DNA of 12,288 bases from positions 1 to 12,288 of the forward strand of contig CBDUYR010000067.1 of the NCBI GenBank assembly GCA_965371515.1, in the 5' to 3' direction. The first letter of the stretch is position 1. The number at the start of each line of letters is the position of its first letter. Both the position numbers and the translations under genes were made by a program. Positions 8,072 through 12,288 of this stretch are shown in pieces. Source of the DNA: an uncultured bacterium (lineage in GTDB: Bacteria; Krumholzibacteriota; Krumholzibacteriia; Krumholzibacteriales; Krumholzibacteriaceae). The notes under the pieces are model-generated. The model saw only the letters and a list, made by a program, of their open reading frames with translations, was not told the origin of the DNA and did no database searches.

Positions 8072-8099
8072 ATTATATGAATCATTCGGTAGCCCTCAA
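8072..8099 (-). promoter_or_regulatory. Candidate sigma70 promoter for the truncated gene
   Basis: TTGAGG (8099-8094), 16-nt spacer, TATAAT (8077-8072), about 50 nt upstream of ATG 8021 in a divergent intergenic region. Confidence 0.35.
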
Positions 8100-8168
8100 C
8101 ATCAATCTGGTCTACTCTCGTACCATGCGTCGGACTATTCATCGACTTCTGAGCAGTAAGGAGCAGTT

Positions 8169-10295
8169 GTGCCCAGGACCTTCCAAATCCAATCCTTCGC
8201 AGCCGGTTTGTCCGGCACACTCGGGATACTCCTGATCCTCGGCGGCAGTCTTCTGTCCATGGGCCAGCGTGCCGTTTTTGATTCCGACTATTTCGCCACC
8301 CATGTAGCCAAAAGTCTCGGGGACGAACGGATGGCCTCGTATGTGGGAGAGATCCTGACCGACGCGGTGGTGGAAGGAAACCAGGACCTGATCCTGGTGC
8401 GCCCCCTGATCAGCACTACAGCCCAGGCAATAGTCGCCTCGGCTCCTTTCCGGGCCGTAGTCCAGAGGAGCGTGAAACGGGGGCACCAACTGCTGGCCAC
8501 CGAAGGCGGTCACGAGGTTTTACTTTCGGTTTCGGATTTCGGTGTGATCCTGAGCAACGCCCTGGCCGCGCGGCCCGAAATCGCCGACAAGATCCCATCT
8601 GACGCCGTGGCCGTCCTGGGCATGCTCGAGGAGGGCCCGCTGATCGAAATCTCCGGCCGGGTCATCCGTTCCGGACAGACCCAACCCTTCCCGCCGCCCC
8701 TGATCTTCTGGCTGGGCATGGCCCTGTTGAGCGGAGCGGTCTTCATGGCCCGCAATCGCGACCTGGCTCTACTGCGCACCGGTGTGGCTCTTACTATCAC
8801 CGCGGCGGGAATCCTGTTTATCGTGAAACTTGTGGAATTGATCCTGACTCGCGTTCCGGCGGATCCTGGGCTGGGGGGCGCCCTGGCCGCCCTGTGGGGT
8901 TCCTTCATGGGTGGCTTCTGGCCGCGTATCCTGGTTCTGGGCAGTATCGGGCTCTTGATGTCCGCCGCCGCCACCGCCTTCCAGGAAATGATGAAACTCA
9001 ACCCCCTCACCGACAGGATCCGCAAGTTGCTGATCGACCCATCCGACCGGTCCCTGGCCCGACTTGGCCGGGGGATCTTCCTGGTAGCCGTCGGTGGAGC
9101 CGCCGTCATCGAGCCCCGGTTGGCATCACGGATTCTTGTAATGCTCGCCGGAGGGGTGGTGTGTTTCCTGGGGTTGCGTGAGTTGTGCCGACTACTGGTC
9201 GACCCCGCGGCACGCCTGTCCCGTCAGGTAGAGGAAATGACACCTCGCCATCATCGACAATGGATGTGGGCTCGTCGGACGGGAGCCGGACTGGCGGTTG
9301 CCGCCCTGCTGACAGCTGGAGCGATCTACCTCACCCGCCAGCCGGCGCCGGAAGCGACGGTGCCCGGCGGAGGTTGCAACGGAAACGCTGATCTTTGTGA
9401 CCGTCCCCTGGATGAAATCGTCTTTGCCTGCGCGCACAATGCCATGGGCGCGGCCGATGTCCCGGGTTGGATGTTCCCCAACCACCAGGCTGGCATCCAA
9501 ACCCAACTCCGGGAGGGGATCCGGGCCTTCATGCTGGATGTGATGTCCGGCGTTCCCGTGGGCAATGCGGTAAAAACCGATATGGAGGAAGGGGAAATCG
9601 TCCGGGCCAAACTGGAGCCGTCATTGGGTGCCGAAGGCCTGGATGCCGCACTGCGGATACGCGAACGACTAATCGGAGAAGATGAAAACCAGAGGGACCT
9701 CTTCCTGTGCCACGGTTTTTGTGAATTGGGGTTTTCCCGTCTGATACCCGTGCTGGTCCAGTTCAGGGATTTCCTCATCCTCAATCCAGGCGAGGTCATC
9801 ATCATCATTTTCGAGGATTCCGTCCCCCCATCCGCGGTCGCCCACGCCTTCGAAGAGAGTGGTCTTGTGGACCTGGTGTACCGGGGCACGGTTCGGCCCC
9901 CCTGGCCCACTCTCGGCGAGATGGTCAGGACCGACCAGAGGGTTCTCGTGCTGGCGGAAAACGACAGCGAGGGTGTGCCGTGGTATCATCCTGCGTTCGA
10001 GGTCTGCCAGGAAACACCCTACCATTTTTCCAGTCCCGATGAATTCACCTGCCAACCCAACCGCGGAGGTGACTCTGGTTCCCTCATGTTGATGAACCAC
10101 TGGGTCACTACACCGCCTACCTCGCTGCCCAGCATTGCATCCCTTGTCAACGCTCACGACTTCCTGATGGAAAGGGTCGAGGCTTTCCGGAAGGAAAGGG
10201 GCAGGACACCCAACATCATCGCGGTGGATTTTTATCAAACCGGGGATCTGATCGAAGTCGTGCGTGAGTTGAACGAGGCTGGCGCAAATCCCTGA
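8169..10295 (+). CDS. Multi-TM membrane protein fused to a C-terminal PI-PLC X-like phosphodiesterase domain
   Basis: AAGGAG before GTG 8169. The first ~390 aa hold several TM segments. The C-terminus has CNG…LCDRPLDEIVFACAHNA, QLREGIRAFMLD, LCHGFC, NPGEVIIIIFED and PNIIAVDFY, typical of At5g67130/Rv2075c-like PLC-like domains. Confidence 0.85.
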   Translation: MPRTFQIQSFAAGLSGTLGILLILGGSLLSMGQRAVFDSDYFATHVAKSLGDERMASYVGEILTDAVVEGNQDLILVRPLISTTAQAIVASAPFRAVVQRSVKRGHQLLATEGGHEVLLSVSDFGVILSNALAARPEIADKIPSDAVAVLGMLEEGPLIEISGRVIRSGQTQPFPPPLIFWLGMALLSGAVFMARNRDLALLRTGVALTITAAGILFIVKLVELILTRVPADPGLGGALAALWGSFMGGFWPRILVLGSIGLLMSAAATAFQEMMKLNPLTDRIRKLLIDPSDRSLARLGRGIFLVAVGGAAVIEPRLASRILVMLAGGVVCFLGLRELCRLLVDPAARLSRQVEEMTPRHHRQWMWARRTGAGLAVAALLTAGAIYLTRQPAPEATVPGGGCNGNADLCDRPLDEIVFACAHNAMGAADVPGWMFPNHQAGIQTQLREGIRAFMLDVMSGVPVGNAVKTDMEEGEIVRAKLEPSLGAEGLDAALRIRERLIGEDENQRDLFLCHGFCELGFSRLIPVLVQFRDFLILNPGEVIIIIFEDSVPPSAVAHAFEESGLVDLVYRGTVRPPWPTLGEMVRTDQRVLVLAENDSEGVPWYHPAFEVCQETPYHFSSPDEFTCQPNRGGDSGSLMLMNHWVTTPPTSLPSIASLVNAHDFLMERVEAFRKERGRTPNIIAVDFYQTGDLIEVVRELNEAGANP

Positions 10296-10426
10296 TGGAT
10301 GAAGATCCAGGACTTGTGCTGCCGTGGAGCTGTCGCGTTCGGCCTGGTACCGGCCGCTGGGTTGATACGGTATAATCTGGTGTTGAATCGGGGGGAAGGG
10401 CAACATGACGAGCGGGCGTGGCACAC

Positions 10427-11017
10427 CTAGAAGCTGAAGGTCAGGGTCACATCCATACTGGTCGAGAACTCGTTCGTTGAGATATTGTACTCCAAACTGA
10501 ATGCACAGATGAACGAACTCCGCGGCAGGCCGGGGAAACCGGGCAGGGCATAGGAGGTGATGGCGCCTGTTCCCCAATCGCCGTCCGAAAAAGTCATCGC
10601 CCGGGTTACATTGTCGTCATCGGCAAAACCCTTGGACAGCCCCGTGCCCAGGACCAGCCGGGGTGTCAGGGCGTAACTGACGGAGACGATCCCGCTGAAC
10701 GTGTCGACGACCTTGTCGGCAGCCGCAGCACGCCGCTCGGTCTCCTGATCCCAGGCGAGACTGACGTCCGAGGACCAGCGGTCGGACCACACTCGCCCGT
10801 ACGCGGCGGAAGCGCCCCAGAACCAGGCCTCGCGATCGAAGATCACACCGATGCTCGGTCCGAAGGAGACCGCGTTATTGTAGCCCTGAAGCGGTCTTGC
10901 TCCCCCCGCGAGCTTGGCCCCCGTCGGGGGTGCACCGAGGAGCACAAGCGCGATCACGACGATTCCCGTCCGCCAGAAAGCACCACAAATCGGCCCGCAG
11001 CCGGTCGCCCGGCTCAT
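10427..11017 (-). CDS. Putative outer-membrane beta-barrel protein
   Basis: N-terminal hydrophobic signal, alternating amphipathic strands (FWGASAAYG, FSGIVSVSYAL, LVLGTGLS) and C-terminal VTLTFSF ending in Phe. ATGA overlap with the nadK stop. Confidence 0.6.
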   Translation of the reverse strand: MSRATGCGPICGAFWRTGIVVIALVLLGAPPTGAKLAGGARPLQGYNNAVSFGPSIGVIFDREAWFWGASAAYGRVWSDRWSSDVSLAWDQETERRAAAADKVVDTFSGIVSVSYALTPRLVLGTGLSKGFADDDNVTRAMTFSDGDWGTGAITSYALPGFPGLPRSSFICAFSLEYNISTNEFSTSMDVTLTFSF

Positions 11018-11784
11018 ATCTCGAACTGTTCGCCGAAAATGCGGTCGCGCAGGCTCCGCCCCGGATCGAACAGCAGTCGCCGGCCCCGATCCTGCACCTG
11101 ACGAACGGTCAGCATGACGACATCCGTGTACTCCCGGGAGTCCGCGGCGACGCCGAGGGGGCGCTTGTCGGGGTCAAGATTCTCGATCTGGATGACGGCG
11201 GTGTTCGGCAGCAACGCACCGGTCCAGCGCCTTGGTCGGAATGGGCTGACCGGCACCAGGGAGAGCAGGTTGGCGCCGAGCGGCAGAATCGGCCCGCGCG
11301 CCGAGAAGTTGTAGGCGGTGCTGCCGGCGGGGGTGGCGATCAGGACCCCGTCGCAGACTAGTTTCCCAAGGCGAAGGTCGCCGTCGATGACCAGACGCAG
11401 GTTGGCCGACTGGAGACCGTGGCGGATCAGGGACACCTCGTTGAAGGCGATGGCCTCAACCCTGGCGCCGTCTCGGGTCGTGGCCTTGAGCAGGAGGGGG
11501 TGCAGCACCACTTCCTCCGCGACGGCGATCCGCTGCTCCAGATCATCGGCGTCGAAGGCATTGAGCAAAAAACCCACGGTCCCGCGATTCATGCCATAGA
11601 TGGGGATGTTCGAAGAGGCTGTTTCGTGCAGGCAATGCAGCAGGTGCCCGTCTCCCCCGAGCGCGACGATGACGTCCGCCTCTTCAGGCGCGAAGAACGA
11701 GTAATTTGCCGCCAGTTCGTCCCTGGCTCCCACAGCCTTGGGAGAGGACGAGGGGATACAGGCAATCTTCAAGGGTCCATTCAA
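11014..11784 (-). CDS. nadK: NAD kinase
   Basis: GGDG, NRGTVGFL, FNEV and DGVLIATPAGSTAYNFSARGP motifs. TTG start preceded by GAGGAGG. Confidence 0.95.
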   Translation of the reverse strand: MNGPLKIACIPSSSPKAVGARDELAANYSFFAPEEADVIVALGGDGHLLHCLHETASSNIPIYGMNRGTVGFLLNAFDADDLEQRIAVAEEVVLHPLLLKATTRDGARVEAIAFNEVSLIRHGLQSANLRLVIDGDLRLGKLVCDGVLIATPAGSTAYNFSARGPILPLGANLLSLVPVSPFRPRRWTGALLPNTAVIQIENLDPDKRPLGVAADSREYTDVVMLTVRQVQDRGRRLLFDPGRSLRDRIFGEQFEI

Positions 11785-11825
11785 TGGTGATTCCTCCTCG
11801 ATAGGACCGTCGTCACGGAATTGGC

Positions 11826-11854
11826 AGAGGGCCGTCCCGGCGGGAAGGCCCTCT
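11826..11854 (-). terminator. GC-rich hairpin after the ureohydrolase stop (terminator or mRNA-stability element)
   Basis: AGAGGGCC-g-TCCC-ggc-GGGA-a-GGCCCTCT gives 12 pairs with one mismatch, 11 nt after the stop. There is no U-tract, so intrinsic termination is doubtful. Confidence 0.4.
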
Positions 11855-11865
11855 TGTCCGGTCGC

Positions 11866-12219
11866 TTAGAGGGTCACGTTTCCGAAAGCCTGGGGCCAGA
11901 CAGTCGGCCGCTCCTCGCCGTTGCGCTTGCGCATGTCATCGGCCATCCAGCAGAGAATCTTCCAGCTGAGTCCCGCCCCAATGTACCCGAAGGTCTTGGC
12001 CGGGTCGTTGTACGGCGCGTACTCCACCACGTCGCCACCAACCAGGTTCACCTTGCCCGAGGCCCGGACGTTCTTGATGACGTCCCAGCACCAGTTGGCA
12101 TCCAGGCCGAAGGGCTCGACGGCGGAACTCGCGCTGTTGAACGGAGGGTCCAGGGAGTCCAGGTCGAAGCTGATGTACGTTGGACCATCACCCACGACGT
12201 CGATCACCTTCTGGGCCGC
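11866..12219 (-). pseudogene. 3' fragment of an agmatinase/arginase-family ureohydrolase
   Basis: VGDGPTYISFDLDSLDP and LVGGDVVEYAPYND. The frame is closed upstream by TGA at 12228-12226, and all three minus frames contain stops within 12226-12288, so the N-terminal two thirds are missing. Confidence 0.8.
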
Positions 12220-12288
12220 ATTGACTCACCCAAACTGTTACTTTACGCCGGTCGTTGCCTCATTAGAATGTTACCCGGACAATAACCG
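12217..12288 (+). mobile_element. Probable transposon end with tandem transposase-binding-like repeats
   Basis: TTGACTCA-N7-TGTTAC (12221-12241) and TTGCCTCA-N6-TGTTAC (12255-12274). GC drops here and the repeats start at the breakpoint of the ureohydrolase gene. The exact boundary is uncertain by a few bases. Confidence 0.55.

Noticed and set aside
7948..8220. 90-aa minus-strand ORF in the track
   Set aside because: It overlaps the start of the PLC gene and has no clear RBS. A different frame (ATG 8021) has the RBS and signal peptide.
10371..10437. TATAAT plus a purine-rich RBS-like stretch before a 10-codon ORF (MTSGRGTPRS, 10405-10437)
   Set aside because: No properly spaced -35, and the ORF is tiny and runs into the convergent gene. 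Likely chance.
9669..12285. Antisense ORFs 9669-10577 (-), 10897-11361 (+), 11419-11790 (+) and 11821-12285 (+)
   Set aside because: They lie opposite well-supported genes in high-GC DNA and show no family motifs.
1..12288. CRISPR array, tRNA, rRNA or known riboswitch
   Set aside because: No regularly spaced repeats or recognisable RNA signatures were seen by eye. An Infernal/Rfam scan is needed to exclude them formally.

Overview
Bacterial, compositionally mosaic window with three blocks. (1) 101-4019 (+, about 60% GC): a tightly coupled four-gene unit encoding a 12-TM His-motif membrane protein resembling heme-copper-oxidase homologues but lacking the canonical CuB motifs, an FGE-sulfatase-fold lipoprotein without the catalytic Cys pair, heme O synthase (ctaB/cyoE) and a 201-aa membrane protein. 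This is the best candidate for an undescribed prenylated-heme system. (2) 4036-7778 (-): mscS, a conserved membrane protein, an AT-rich atypical Ddl-like ATP-grasp ligase, and a coupled DUF5674-like/helical protein pair. (3) About 7900-12288: an IS3-like end cutting off a signal-peptide gene, a membrane-anchored PI-PLC-like phosphodiesterase, a putative outer-membrane beta-barrel, nadK, and a ureohydrolase 3' fragment cut by a probable transposon end. No rRNA, tRNA or CRISPR array was seen. All family calls come from motif recognition by eye; no searches were run.
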